DNA of 63,030 nt, filler included, from Malassezia furfur (GCA_052055015.1; 3 parts of 3 records of this genome joined end to end with filler, not necessarily neighbours in it), one strand, 5' to 3'. Positions 11,647 to 23,294 are shown, counted from the first letter of the whole stretch. Translations and numbers: made by a program. The notes: a model not told the origin generated them from the sequence alone.

Positions 11647-11958
11647 TTATCCCCTACCCCCACGTAGCGGCGCATATGATCCTTCTGTACTGCTAAGCAT
11701 CATCCCAGATTCTGTCTGTTTGAGTTGGATGCGACCGTGCTTGAGCAGCGACTCGATTTTTCCAACATCGGTCTCATGCCGCGCTTGCTCGAACTCATCA
11801 CGGAACCATGCGATCGTTTCGCGCCTTGCCGACATAGTGGGTATAACTGCATAAGCACAATACGTACACCTCGTAGCGCGCAGGTACTTGCGATAGAGTG
11901 CCAGCGCCTCAGCGTGCAGCATAAACTGCCGCAACGACGGCGCATTGAGCTTCCCCAT
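11647..11958 (-). CDS. LYR-motif protein (LYRM2-like)
   Basis: LRQFMLHAEALALYRKYLRATR...WFRDEFE; probable 21-nt intron 11847-11867. Confidence 0.8.
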   Translation of the reverse strand: MGKLNAPSLRQFMLHAEALALYRKYLRATRCTYCAYAVIPTMSARRETIAWFRDEFEQARHETDVGKIESLLKHGRIQLKQTESGMMLSSTEGSYAPLRGGRG

Positions 11959-12035
11959 AGTGGTGGCACGGACGTCACGTGAGGAAGGCCGCTTAAGCGC
12001 GGCGCAGCGCCAGCACTTTTCTCTTCGTGCGGCAT

Positions 12036-12264
12036 ACGTCGCCATCTTCGTGTTGCGCCCGGTAGGGATTGCGGTGCAGGCCGCAAGGTCTGCTGTTTCT
12101 TTACCGTACCACATTGCCGATGACGCTTCAATGGACGACCAGATCAGGCGACTCCAGGGGGATTATGCCATCTCTCGTGCCTGCTTGCAGGCCCGCACGG
12201 TCATCTTAGCACCCATGCGAAGGCTCTCATGTTGAGCTTTGGCGGGTCGGTAGACCGCACATTT
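12036..12264 (+). ncRNA. Candidate box H/ACA snoRNA
   Basis: Stem GTCGCCAT(12038)/ATGGACGAC(12131) directly before H box AGATCA (12141-12146); GCAA-capped apical stem; 3' hairpin CGGTC/GACCG followed by ACA (12259-12261), TTT and a T-rich tail. Confidence 0.55.
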
Positions 12265-12316
12265 TGTAGTTTTAATTCGAAACAGTAGTGGGAATCATCT
12301 TTTGTCTCCTGACACC

Positions 12317-13592
12317 ATGTCGCCCATCCCCGTCGCCTTGCTTGGGTACGGTAACTCGGCTCGGACGTTTCATCTTCCGTTCGTAAAGTCCTTGCCCGAC
12401 CAGTTCCGCCTGCAGGTCGTGCTGCAGCGCCCACGTCCAGAGGGATCGACCTCCCCGAATGCCGCACTGGACCTTCCCGACGTTCAGGTCGTGCCGGACA
12501 TTGATGCTGCCCTCAAAGCACTACCCGAAGGAGGACTGGTGATCATCACCACCAACAATGCATCGCACTTCCCATATGCAGAGAAGGCGCTCCAAGCAAA
12601 GATGCATGTCCTTGTTGAAAAGCCTGTGGCTGTTCACGAGGACGAGGTGAACAAATTGGCACAACTCGCACGATCTGTGGGGAAGGTGTGCACTGTCTAC
12701 CAGAGTACGTGCGTTTGCTAACCCAGACCGCCGCTTCGATGGGGACTATCTGACGCTGAAGTCGTTGATTAAGCACGATGGCGGACCTAACCCGTCGGCG
12801 CTGGGTCTTCCAACGTATTACGAGTCCCGGTTTGACCGATTCCGCCCCATTGCCAAAGGTGGATGGCGGGAAAGCGTCGACCCGGAAACCGAGGGAGGCG
12901 GTATGCTGTGGGACCTGGGTGCACATCTCGTGGACCAAACCGTTGCGCTGTTCGGCCCTCCCGAAACCGTTTTCGGCATGGTCCAGAACCAACGTGGCCA
13001 AGGTCCGGAGAATGTGGATGACGACTGGCTGGCCATCCTCACGTATCCGCCTCATGATCCTCCTACAGAGGAAACATTTGCACCGGGCAAACGCCTCGGT
13101 ATGCTTCGTGCGGTCCTTGGTTCGACCTGCCTGTCGGCCCACACGGATGCAGAGCAGTCGCGTTTCCGTGTGGAAGGCACGCTTGGCTCCTATGTCAAAA
13201 AGGGAACCGACCCCCAAGAGGGTCAGCTCAAGCTGGGCTGGACCCCGGCGACCCATCCTGACACGTTCGGTTCGTATGCCAGCGATGCACCAGCTTCCTT
13301 GCGTCTCGCTCAGCTCTCAACAAGTCAACCGAACCAAGAGGTGTCTGGAACCAACCCTCCCAAGCTAGCGGTTGCGAGCATCCCCACATTGCCTGGCCGC
13401 TACATTGATCTATACACGAACTTGGCCGAGACCATTAGTGCAGTCAATGCGGCCCCCACAGCAGAAGAAGCTGCTAGCATTGTGGACAAACTCTTGGGCA
13501 TCAAGCTCGAACATGTTGCAACTTCCACCCGGATTCTCCGGCTTATTCGTCAAAGTGCCAAGGAAGGCCGTGTGCTCCCCTTTGTAGGCTAA
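12317..13592 (+). CDS. Gfo/Idh/MocA family NAD(P)-dependent oxidoreductase
   Basis: LLGYGNSA, HVLVEKP, YQNRRFDGDY restored by removing 22-nt intron 12705-12726, GGMLWDLGAHLVDQ. Confidence 0.9.
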
Positions 13593-13684
13593 ACGCTCCC
13601 GACGAGTAGCCATTATGTAGAGACACAACATTGCCCATCTTAACCAAAAAATTTAGGCACATTACGAGATTCCTCCACAATTCA

Positions 13685-14437
13685 ATGCTGCGTTGCGGAG
13701 CAGCGTTTCGTGGGATGCAGGGCAGGTCGCAGTCCAGCACACTGCTAAACCTACTCGAAACTTTACCCCAGCGTCGCATTCAGACTCAAGCTACACCATC
13801 TCCATTTGCAGCACAAAAATTGCCCGAACTGAAGGCATTATGTCGCTCACTGGGTCTGCGTACGACACTCAAAAAGGCAGAGCTCGTTGCCATGTTGGAT
13901 GCCTACTACGCTGAACGCGGCGAAGTTCCCAACATAGCGCCTCAAAATGATACCAAGACGCCATCCGAAAGTCCGGACACGTCTACTATACCCATTGCAG
14001 ACTCCGATTCATCAGTTGAATTCATACGAGTGGCCTATCGGAGCCCCACGTCACGTCGTAAAAGCAAAACAAACGCAACTGGGGACCTTGAAAAGGCAAT
14101 GGAAGCCATCAACCTCTCTTCCTCTTCTGCAGAAAGCGACGTACCAGGCTCGAGCGACTCAGAAGCTATTGAAGCAGCCGAAACGCAGGAATCCCTTGCG
14201 CTCGACCTGTACGGAAGCGAAGCCAATGATCTCGACGAGGTATTATGCAACGCAATATACCAGGACAAACAACTGTATCGCCGAATCCTGCTTTTGGAGC
14301 CCATACCTTTGGATGAGATGGTTGGGTTGGGAAAACGGCTGAATCTACTGCCTGGTTCGATTGTCAAAAATCGCGCGCGAATGCGAACTTGGCTAGATAC
14401 CCAGGGCATTTGCTTCTATGAAGCAGACTTGAATTGA
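13685..14437 (+). CDS. SLX4: Compact Slx4-like structure-specific endonuclease subunit (SAP plus C-terminal Slx4 domain); start uncertain (13685 or 13715)
   Basis: SAP-like KLPELKALCRSLGLRTTLKKAELV; C-terminal LYRRILLLEPIPLDEM...WLDTQGICF. Confidence 0.7.
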   Translation: MLRCGAAFRGMQGRSQSSTLLNLLETLPQRRIQTQATPSPFAAQKLPELKALCRSLGLRTTLKKAELVAMLDAYYAERGEVPNIAPQNDTKTPSESPDTSTIPIADSDSSVEFIRVAYRSPTSRRKSKTNATGDLEKAMEAINLSSSSAESDVPGSSDSEAIEAAETQESLALDLYGSEANDLDEVLCNAIYQDKQLYRRILLLEPIPLDEMVGLGKRLNLLPGSIVKNRARMRTWLDTQGICFYEADLN

Positions 14438-14566
14438 GATGCAGATGCACTGTCTCGTTCTTGCGCCATGTCTGAAGGCATCCTGCAAGGAAGCAGCTAT
14501 CAGGCTTTATATCTAGAAGATAGTGGATGCGTGAAGATGCGTTTGTTCTCTTTACGTGCGATGATC

Positions 14567-15751
14567 CTAGTCAACATCGTTGGAATTGTCGCCCTCATCT
14601 TTTTCTTGCTTGTCAACTGTCTCGCCAGATGCCTGCGCCTCGTCGTCCTCTTCTTCGTCTTCGTCTTCTTCATCCGCTGCATCTTTCTCATCCGAGTTTC
14701 CAGCATTACCATCTGTTTCGCCCCGCTCCTCTTTTGCTTCTTCGGAGAGTTCAACCAGTTCAAATCTTGGTTAGCAAGACACATACTGGACAACGAAGAA
14801 CACATCGTTGGTCGACAGGTTCTTTGCAACATAACGCACAGGTTGACCATCCCAGTACTTTTGCAGATCAAAATGCAACCCTCCGTATGGCAACACGAGC
14901 TGCAGCGTGTTGAAGTCAATAAACCCATTGCAGAAATCCACGGTCACGACATCTGCTGGCGTAATCGAAAGTTTTTCGCGGTTCGCCTTCTTCCCCAACC
15001 AGGACGCCCTCGCTGAGGAAGCTTTCGAGACCGTTTCTGACTCCAAATTCTTTAGAGTTGTTTCGTCGATGCCCGTTTTCTCGTCCAGGATCGACTCACC
15101 GTCCTTTTCTGTGCGGAACAGAGGCGCAATATTTTCATTCACAAAATGTTGCTCGCTGTCGCCATCCGGCGTCGGGAAAGGTGGCCATGAATCGGTTTTA
15201 AACATTTCCTCGGCTGTCTTGGCCTCGTAGGGTTGTTTGGCACGGTTCGCCTGGACACGGTACATCGTAGCTAGCAGCGGGGAAAATGCCCATGGCTTGT
15301 CGCCATAAAGATCGTGTTTCACTGCGTTAGAGCCAAATGCATACAGTTAGGGTCCACATAGCTTGCAAACCGCAGGGCAAGGCTGGTGCCGTACGGAAGC
15401 GAGTCCTGGATGAGTGGATCAACTTACACGAATCGGGCGATCAAACTCGTTTCCGAACACGAGTTCGTCCACCGAAATCTCATCGGAAAATTGGCCTGCG
15501 TTAGGTTATAGCGTACCTTGCACCTGAATACTATAGGTCATCGCATCCCCGTACGGTTCTTGGAAGTAGGCTGTGGTTTTGTTCGCGGGTGTACCGTCCG
15601 GCGATTCGCCCACAAAGTCTTTGATGCGGACCGTGAGACGTCCATGGAACCGTTCGCTATCGACCACAAAAGGGTCGTTGTCGTGGTTCACATTGACGAT
15701 CTCCAGATGGTCTACGTCGGGGCCTGCAGAGATGCGAAGCTTGGGTGCCAT
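14567..15751 (-). CDS. DUF1769 family protein with acidic tail
   Basis: KLRISAGPD, FHGRLTVRIKDF, YSIQVQG, LVFGNEFDRPIR, DLYGDKPWAFSPLL, DFCNGFIDF, KYWDGQPVRY; introns 15496-15516, 15406-15427, 15322-15344, 14766-14786. Confidence 0.8.
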
Positions 15752-15849
15752 GGTTGTATGCGCAGCAGGTGGGGGAGAGTGGCTTAGGTGAGCACGGGCC
15801 ATCTCCACAAACCCTGAACCTTACCTTGGCGATCTTCCTCCGCAAGACG

Positions 15850-17440
15850 ATGCGCAAGGTACGTGGGGTGGCTAACATAGTTTCTCGATAAAATCGGCGA
15901 CAAGATCGGTGGTACGGACATCAAAAACGTGCCACCCGTGGACACAATCCCTACGGACAAGCCGATTGATTCGCGTCGGATTTTCCAATACCGCAAACAG
16001 CGGGGTGTGAATCTTGGCTCCTGGTTCTCGCTCGAGTCCTGGCTCACTGGCAGCCTGTTTGAGAAAGCGGCTGAGCCGCGTGGAAGTGAGTACGATGTGG
16101 TAAGCAACATGAGCCCCGAGGATGCTCGGAAGATGTTGGAAAACCACTGGAGCAACTTCATCAACGATGGCGACTGGAAATGGATGGCTCAGCACGGCGT
16201 CAATTCGGTGCGCCTGCCGATCGGCTACTTCCACTTCCTTTCTGGAGCTGATCAGGGTCGCTTCTCGTCCCTGCTGAAGAACACCGAGTTTGAGAAGTTT
16301 GCCCCCGTTTACCAAGGCGCATGGCAGTATATTCTACAGGGTATCGAGAAGGCGCGTGCCCACAACATCGGCGTGCTCGTCGACTTGCATGGCGCACCTG
16401 GTGGCCAGAACAAGGATGGTCACTGCGGAATCTCGAACAGCAAGTGTTCGCTGTGGCACGGCCTACACACTGGCAAGAACCAGCGCCTGACGATCGAGAT
16501 TTTGGTCGACTTGGCGGAAGCGCTTGCCGGCTTCGACAATGTGATTGGCCTAGAGCTGCTGAATGAGCCCGAGAACAACTCAGGTCTCGAGGCCTTCTAC
16601 ACCAAGGCCATTGCGGCCATCCGTGAGAGTTCTGTCCCGCAGGCGCGACAGCTCCCTATTTATTTGGGAGATGCGTGGGTCACCAAGTTCTATGCGGACT
16701 ACGTGGGCGAAAACACGACCGCTGGAAGCCCTCTCGCGCTAGACCACCACGTGTACCGCTGCTTCACGCCCCAGGATCACAACACCTCGGCAGAAGAACA
16801 TGCCCAGAACATCGATCCGAACGGCGACGGCAAAACGGCGCGGTGGCTGCAGGACGTTTCCAACAAGGCGCATGGGTCGCTCATCATCGGCGAGTGGAGT
16901 GGTGCGCTCAACCCACGCTCATTTGAGCTGAGCAAAATCCAGAGTAAGTTGCAGGCTCGCACGCTATGGTCCAAGGCGCAGTGGATGGCTTTTGAGCGCT
17001 TCACTGCGGGCTACTACTACTGGACGCTCAAGAAGGAGGGCGGCCCTGACCCTGGATGGTGCCTGTACACGGCCATGGAGAAGGGGTCCATGCCCCCCTC
17101 GCTCGATCCGCTGCAAGGACGACGGCCGGATCTCCAAAAGATCCAGGGTATCCTGCAGCAGGAGCTCAAGAACTCCTACGAGGGACACTGCCACTACTGG
17201 GACAGCCAGGTTGGTGGCTCCAAATTTGAGCACTGGCGCTACGAGCGCGGCTTTGAGCTCGCGGCCAAGGACGCGCTTCAGTTCATCCAGGCAGGCTCCG
17301 AGATCGGGTTCTCGCATAATTTGGGCCTGCTGCGCCTGGCTGGGCACGAGAAGGAAACCGGAGGCAGCAAGTACCTTTGGGAGTTTCAACACGGGTACAA
17401 GGCTGGCGCGGCCGCAGCTAGTCGTGTATTGTATGCCTAG
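15850..17440 (+). CDS. GH5 exo-beta-1,3-glucanase-like protein, no signal peptide
   Basis: RGVNLGSWFSLESWL, VRLPIGY, DLHGAPGGQN, ELLNEP, IIGEWS; first exon MRK then 22-nt intron 15859-15880. Confidence 0.9.
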
Positions 17441-17484
17441 GTGCGATGCATAGCGTACGCAGGTGGTATCGTAGGTCTATTGGT

Positions 17485-18507
17485 CTATTCTTCTTCTTCG
17501 GCGTGCACACTCACCGTGACGCCCGAAGCGTTGCCGGTTTCGCCATCAGCCGAGTAAGGGTCGTAATACGATATGCCTGAGCGCGGCGATGGCGCCAATG
17601 ATGATGGCAGAGCCTTTGGCGGCGCGGCCTGCGCGGCCGGCGGTACTGCGGCCGGCACTGCGTCGGTTGGCGCCGCATCGTCGTCTTGTTCCCATGTCCG
17701 CTGGGGTTTGGGGATCCGGTCTGGGTGAGCAAGAGGGAACGTACGTAGGAGACCGTATCCAACGCCACAGCCAAGCAGTCCCTCGCCACCCCAGTCCCGG
17801 TTCGGCATGATGACGACCTCGCGCGTGTGGTCGTAGTCGCTGTTGTACACATACATGGCGACATTTCGCCCCGCGTGCTGCTCAATCAGCTGGAAGAAGT
17901 CGGCCTCGCTCTGGAGCGGACCGCCTGTCCATCCAATGATGTAGTCGCCGTACGGCACGAGCCCTGCCGAGTCGGCGGGGCTGCCCTCGAGCACGTCGAG
18001 GATGTGCCATACATGGCTGATTGACACGGTCGGGTTGCATAGGCGCAGGGTGAGCCCGAGCAGCGAGGGCTGTGCATTGCCCTTGGTGCCCGCCTCTGAC
18101 CATGCGCGCGATGGCACGACGCGCACGTCTGGGGTCAGTCGCGTCCTAGGCCGCGCACGCACCTCGGTAGGCCTGCTGCTTGGAGCTCCACACATTGAGC
18201 ACGATTTCGCGCCCCTCGTTGGCCTCAACCGTGGTCCAGTTGGCGTGGCCGAGGCGCGCGCCGACGGGCACGCCCGGGGGGTACTCTACGCCGAGGTCTG
18301 CGAGCGGGCGGCCGTTGATGCCGATGCAGAAATCGAAGAAGGGTTCGCTGCGTGAGTGTGCGTGACGACGTACAAGCCCGCGTACTGTGCCGGGCTGCCC
18401 TGCGCGACACGGATCACATGGTAGCCCTGCTTAGGGGCTGTTATGAGCGGCACACACGTACCGATGCTGGCATCCCCGGTCTCCGGCCGGCTCTCCGAGG
18501 CGCCCAT
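17485..18507 (-). CDS. GRH1: GRASP55/65 Golgi reassembly stacking protein
   Basis: Myristoylation-type MGASES start, [36 protein letters not shown] (restored by intron 17721-17744); other introns 18438-18461, 18348-18373, 18129-18162. Confidence 0.9.
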
Positions 18508-18667
18508 TGCGTGGTGGATCGCACAAGCCAAATCGGGCGCGTGGGGTCCGACGCGTGCCACGTGTCAGTTTCATCAAATGTCTCTGTTCCAATCACTATA
18601 GGTGAACTCTAACGGGGAGCGATGGTGTAAAGCTAAAGCGAACGTAGGCGCCCAACGAACGTGTCAT

Positions 18668-20533
18668 TTAGTTGTCGCGCGCAATGATCTCAGCAGCAAT
18701 CTCAGCGATACCGTAGGTGATCGACATGAGGTGGGCCGAGAAGGAAATCGGGGGCACCGACGCGTCCACAACGCGCAGGTTGCTCGTGCCGTACACCTTG
18801 AGGTTCTGGTCCACGACACCGCCCTCGTTGCGGGGAAGCATCGAGCAAGTGCCAGTCGGGTGGTACTCGGTACCCGCGTTCTGGCGGATCCAGTCCTCCC
18901 ACTGGTCGTTGCTCTGCACGTCGCTGCCGGGGCTCTCCTCGTAGTCAATCAGGTCCTTGAGCGGCGACTGGGCGACAATCTTGCGGATCAGCTTGAAGCC
19001 CTGACGGAGGATGGTCAGGTCAATGTTCTGCGACAGGTAGCCGGGGTCAATGTGCGGCTTCGCGAAGGCGTTCGTCGTGTGGATCTTGACCGAGCCACGC
19101 GACAGGGGGTGCTGCAGCGCCGCCTGGATGTTGATCGCACCAAACATGACGTTGCCGAGGATCTCGATGGGCGCCACGTTCGAGGTGAAGATGCGGTTGG
19201 CGATCGCCTCGTACGACTTGCGCTGGCCGCGCTTGACCGACTCGGGAACGTCGGCGTTGTTCACAATGTCGTCCACGCTGCTCTGGATGCGGCTGATGAT
19301 CGAGTCGGGGTTCTTGAAGAGCTTGTCCATGTGCACGTACGACACGGCCGTGTTGACGTACGAGTCCGTCTTGGAATTGCCCGTGACACGCTGCTCGGGG
19401 ACGTACGAGCTCTTCTTGGGGCGGAACGACATGCCCGCGGACAAGTGGTCCTGCAGGTTCTCACCGACACCGGGCAGGTTGACCACGACGTCAATGCCGA
19501 GGCTGTTGAGCAAGCTCGACGGGCCGATACCCGAGAGCTGCAGAATCTGGGGCGAGTTGATCGCACCGCCGCTCACAATCACCTCGCGGTTGGCGTGCAC
19601 AGTGTGCGTCGCCTCGCCGCTGCTCGCAGCGTACTCGACGCTCGTCGCCTTGACGTTGTTGCGGTTCGACCGGTCAAAGTTGATCTTGGTCACCGTGTGG
19701 CCGGTGAGCACGTGCAGGTTCGAGCGCGAGGCCACAGGGTCAATGTAGCCGGTGCGCGAGTAGGAGCGGGTCCAGTCCGACTTCTTCATCGTGGCCGCGG
19801 CGACATAGGTGCCCCAGTTGCGGCCGTTGTACGGGTCGCTGTTGAGCGGCGCAGCAACCGCCTCCGAGGAGCGGATAAACGCACCGATCGGGTCGTAGGT
19901 GACCGCCGGCCACGTCGTGTGGATGGGGCCGTTGCTGCCGTGCGAGCTCGAGTCGTACTCAATGTTCTCGGCACGCGCGATGCTGCGCAGGGGCGGCGAG
20001 AAGTTCTCGCTCTTCTTCATCGCGGCCAGGAAGCTGTCCCAGTCCCAGCCGCCGCCAATGAGGTCGTTCCAGGTGTTCTGCTCGCGCTTGCTGTGACGCA
20101 CATAGTACAGGCCGTTGATGGCGCTGCTGCCACCGAGCACCTTGCCACGCGGCCACGAGGCACGGCGGCCGTTCATGTAGTTCTGGCGCGTCGTCTTGAA
20201 CTGCCAGTCGTACTGCGTGTTGACCGACGAGTCGTACAGGTCCGCGTCAGGCACGAGGAACTTCTGCTGGTCGTCGTAGCCCGTCGCACCGGCCTCGATC
20301 ACCGCGACCGACTTGGAGCTGTCCGCCGAGAGGCGGCCCGCGAGCGCCAGACCCGCAGTGCCACCGCCGATGATCACATAGTCGTACGACTGGTTGTCGA
20401 GGTCCCAGCCGTTGGTAGTGACCTGGCGCTTGGCGTATTGGTGCACAGCCTCCGAGCTGTTGCCCGACGGCTGCGCTGCCACAACCGTGGCGGTGGCCAC
20501 GGCCGCAGCAATTCCCGAAAGAGTGAGCTTCAT
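18668..20533 (-). CDS. Secreted GMC oxidoreductase (AA3; family of the allergen Mala s 12)
   Basis: Signal peptide MKLTLSGIAAAVATATVVAA, KR site, GGGTAG, RGKVLGGSSAING, GVGENLQDH, EYHPTGTCSM, SAHLM. Confidence 0.92.
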   Translation of the reverse strand: MKLTLSGIAAAVATATVVAAQPSGNSSEAVHQYAKRQVTTNGWDLDNQSYDYVIIGGGTAGLALAGRLSADSSKSVAVIEAGATGYDDQQKFLVPDADLYDSSVNTQYDWQFKTTRQNYMNGRRASWPRGKVLGGSSAINGLYYVRHSKREQNTWNDLIGGGWDWDSFLAAMKKSENFSPPLRSIARAENIEYDSSSHGSNGPIHTTWPAVTYDPIGAFIRSSEAVAAPLNSDPYNGRNWGTYVAAATMKKSDWTRSYSRTGYIDPVASRSNLHVLTGHTVTKINFDRSNRNNVKATSVEYAASSGEATHTVHANREVIVSGGAINSPQILQLSGIGPSSLLNSLGIDVVVNLPGVGENLQDHLSAGMSFRPKKSSYVPEQRVTGNSKTDSYVNTAVSYVHMDKLFKNPDSIISRIQSSVDDIVNNADVPESVKRGQRKSYEAIANRIFTSNVAPIEILGNVMFGAINIQAALQHPLSRGSVKIHTTNAFAKPHIDPGYLSQNIDLTILRQGFKLIRKIVAQSPLKDLIDYEESPGSDVQSNDQWEDWIRQNAGTEYHPTGTCSMLPRNEGGVVDQNLKVYGTSNLRVVDASVPPISFSAHLMSITYGIAEIAAEIIARDN

Positions 20534-20979
20534 GGAACGAGTGTGGTGGTACGAGGGGACGCGCCGTAGAAGCCGACGCGACCGGTTGTCCCTGCTGTTT
20601 TCTACACTGCGGCACACGGAATGCCGGGGTTAGAGTTGACTAAAATCGCGTCCTCATTCGACGCCGCCAATGGCCGGCAGGCGCATGCCAGGCGTCCGTG
20701 CCACATGTCACGCCACAGCGTCGCACACCCGCAACCGCATCGGATAAAATAATGTCTGATTCGCTACATCGGAAAAGCATCGGAACGCCACACGCGTCGT
20801 GCCTTGCACCTATCCGATTCGGCAGGGCTTGGCATCGCCCAATAATATGTTTTCACACCAACCGGGAGCCCAAGAGGCGACGCGTACCGCGTCATGTGAA
20901 GGGTGGCCGTAAGGTCCAATCGTAAACGAGAAGCCCCGTCGCGGGGCGGATTAGCAAAGAAGGGGATCGGGATGGGCGG

Positions 20980-21079
20980 NNNNNNNNNNNNNNNNNNNNN
21001 NNNNNNNNNNNNNNNNNNNNNNNTTAATTAATTAANNNNNNNNNNNNNNNNNNNNNNNNNNNNNNNNNNNNNNNNNNNN
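20980..21079. other. Artificial assembly spacer N44-TTAATTAATTAA-N44
   Basis: Exactly 100 nt; central 12-mer at 21024-21035 places stops in all six frames; identical copy at 42033. Confidence 0.95.
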
Positions 21080-21132
21080 GTGTATGGTGAGGGCAAGGGG
21101 CGGTGGGTGGGATTAAGGAATACCCGACACGC

Positions 21133-23294
21133 TTACAGCGCCCACGCAAACACCGCGGCCACGCCCGCACCAAGCACCACGCTCACCCACGCACCAGGGT
21201 GCATACGCAGCGCCGCGCTCTTCGAGTCGGCCGCGTTGTTCGTGTTGCCGCCCGAGCTCGACGCGCCCTTGCTGCTCGAGCTGTTGCTCGAGCCGCTGCC
21301 CGCGCCGCTGCCCGCGCCGGTCCCCGAGCCACCATCGCTGCTAGAGCTGTTTTGGTTGTTGCCCGTCTGGTAGTTGTCCTTGTTGCTCTGCACAATCTCC
21401 GCACCAATCTCGCCAATACCGTACACGATCGACATCAGGTGCGCCGACATGGACAGCGGCGGCACCGACGCGTCAATCACGCGCAGGTTGCTCGTGCCGT
21501 ACACCAGCAGGTTCTTGTCCACGACACCGCCCACCTCGCGCGGAAGCATCGAGCACGTGCAGCTGGGGTGGTACTCGGTGCCAATGTTGTTGCGGATCCA
21601 GTTGTCCCACTCGTCGTCCGACTGCACGTCGTTGCCGGGTGCCGTCTCTTCGTCGACGTGGCTGCTCAGCGGCGCCTGCTGCAGGATACTGCGCGCCATG
21701 CGGAAGCCGGCACGCAGGAAGATCAGGTCCGTCTCCTGCTCGAGGTACGACGGGTTGATCACCGGCGCGTCCCAAATGTCCGACGACTGGATCGTCACCG
21801 AGCCGCGCGAGAAGGGGTGCTGCAGCGCCGCCTGCACCTGGATCTGGCCAAAGGTCATGGCGAACAGCAGCTCCATTGAGCCGATCGGGCTGTCGTAGAT
21901 CTCGTTCGCGGTCGCGAGATAGGTCAGGTTGTAGCCCTGCTTGACCGCGTCGGGCGCATCGTACGCCTGCACCGCCTTGGTGGCGTTGTCGCGCACGAGA
22001 CCAATGACGTTGTCAAACTGGTTGCCCAGCAGCTGGCTCGTGTTGGTGTACGAGGTGGCGCTGTTCACGAACGAGTCGACCGTCGCATTGTTCGTCACCT
22101 TCGCAGGCGGCAGCTCGTCGGGGTTCTTGGGCGTGAACTGCACACCGGCCGACAGGTGGTCCTGCAGGTGGTAGCCGACACCGGGGAGGTCCACCACGAC
22201 AGGCACCTGCTTCGAGTCAAGCAGGTTCTTGTCACCAATGCCCGACACTTGCAGGATCTGGGGGCTGTTGACCGCACCGGCACTCAGGATCACCTCACGC
22301 GTAGCGTTCACCTGGAAGGTGCGACCGCCCTTGTTCTTCATAAACTGCACGCTCGTCGCCTTGACCGCGTCCTGGTTCGAGGTGTCAAAGTTGATCTTGG
22401 AGACCATGTGGTCCGTGAGCACCACCAGGTTCGAGCGGTAGGTGTACGGGTCAATGTAGCCCGTGCGCGACGTCGTGCGCGTCCAGTTGGTCGGGTTGAT
22501 CGCCGAGGTGCCGACAAACGTGCCCCAGGCGTTGCCACTGTCGGGGTTGTTGGTCGCAGGCGCCGACACGTTCGAGGCCGCCTCAATAAACGCACCGACA
22601 GGCGCATACGAAACCGCCGGCCACGTCACGCCGATCGGGCCGCCGCTGCCGTGCGCCGTAGTGTTCCAGTGGATGTCGCCCACCGTGCGCGCCTGGTCCG
22701 TGGGCGCGGTGAAGTTCTCACTCTTCTTCATCGCACGCAGCATGTTGTCCCAGCCCCAAAGGTCAGTGGCGTTGTCAATGAGCTTCGCCCAGAGGTCCTG
22801 CTCGCGCGCACTCTGGCGAATGTAGTAGAGACCATTGATGGCACTGCTGCCGCCCAGCACGCGGCCACGGGGCCACGGCTTCTGCTGGTTGTTCAGGTTC
22901 ACCTGCTCCGTCGTCGTCCAGTTCCAGTTCATCTCCGACTTGCCCGGCGAGTTGTACAGGTTGGCAGCCGGGACATCGATCTTGGCCGCATCGTCCGGGT
23001 CGAGGCCAGAGGGGCCAGCCTCGATGACCGCCACCTGCAGCGACGGGTCCTCGGACAGGCGCGAGGCCACCACCAGACCGGCCTGGCCACCACCAATCAC
23101 GACATAATCAAACTGCTTGGCTGCGGTCAGCATAACGTCGGCAACGTACATTCCAAGTCGTGCGCCTTGGTCGTGATGGCGCGCTTCACAATGTGCGCAT
23201 GATGTTGCATGTAGTCCTCCGCATAGATGGGAGCAATGAAACAAACGAGTGTAGCCAAGAGAAGGGCCGCCCAAGGGGCGCAGCGTAGCGTCAT
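21133..23294 (-). CDS. GMC oxidoreductase paralog with signal peptide, Ser/Gly-rich stalk and probable GPI-anchor signal
   Basis: MTLRCAPWAALLLATLVCFIAPIYA; intron 23121-23149; GGGQAG, RGRVLGGSSAING, EYHPSCTCSM; tail SSSSDGGSGTGAGS...KSAALRMHPGAWVSVVLGAGVAAVFAWAL. Confidence 0.9.

Noticed and set aside
5200..15900. Low-GC block as horizontally transferred DNA
   Set aside because: The genes belong to ordinary fungal families and carry the same host-type micro-introns
18602..20569. Very long antisense ORFs (also 28649-30442, 32439-34436, 54281-57016, 57694-59403)
   Set aside because: Shadow frames opposite high-GC3 genes, with no recognisable motifs
21024..21035. TTAATTAATTAA palindrome (also at 42077-42088) as a biological repeat or att site
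   Set aside because: Sits inside symmetric N runs totalling exactly 100 nt; a six-frame-stop assembly linker
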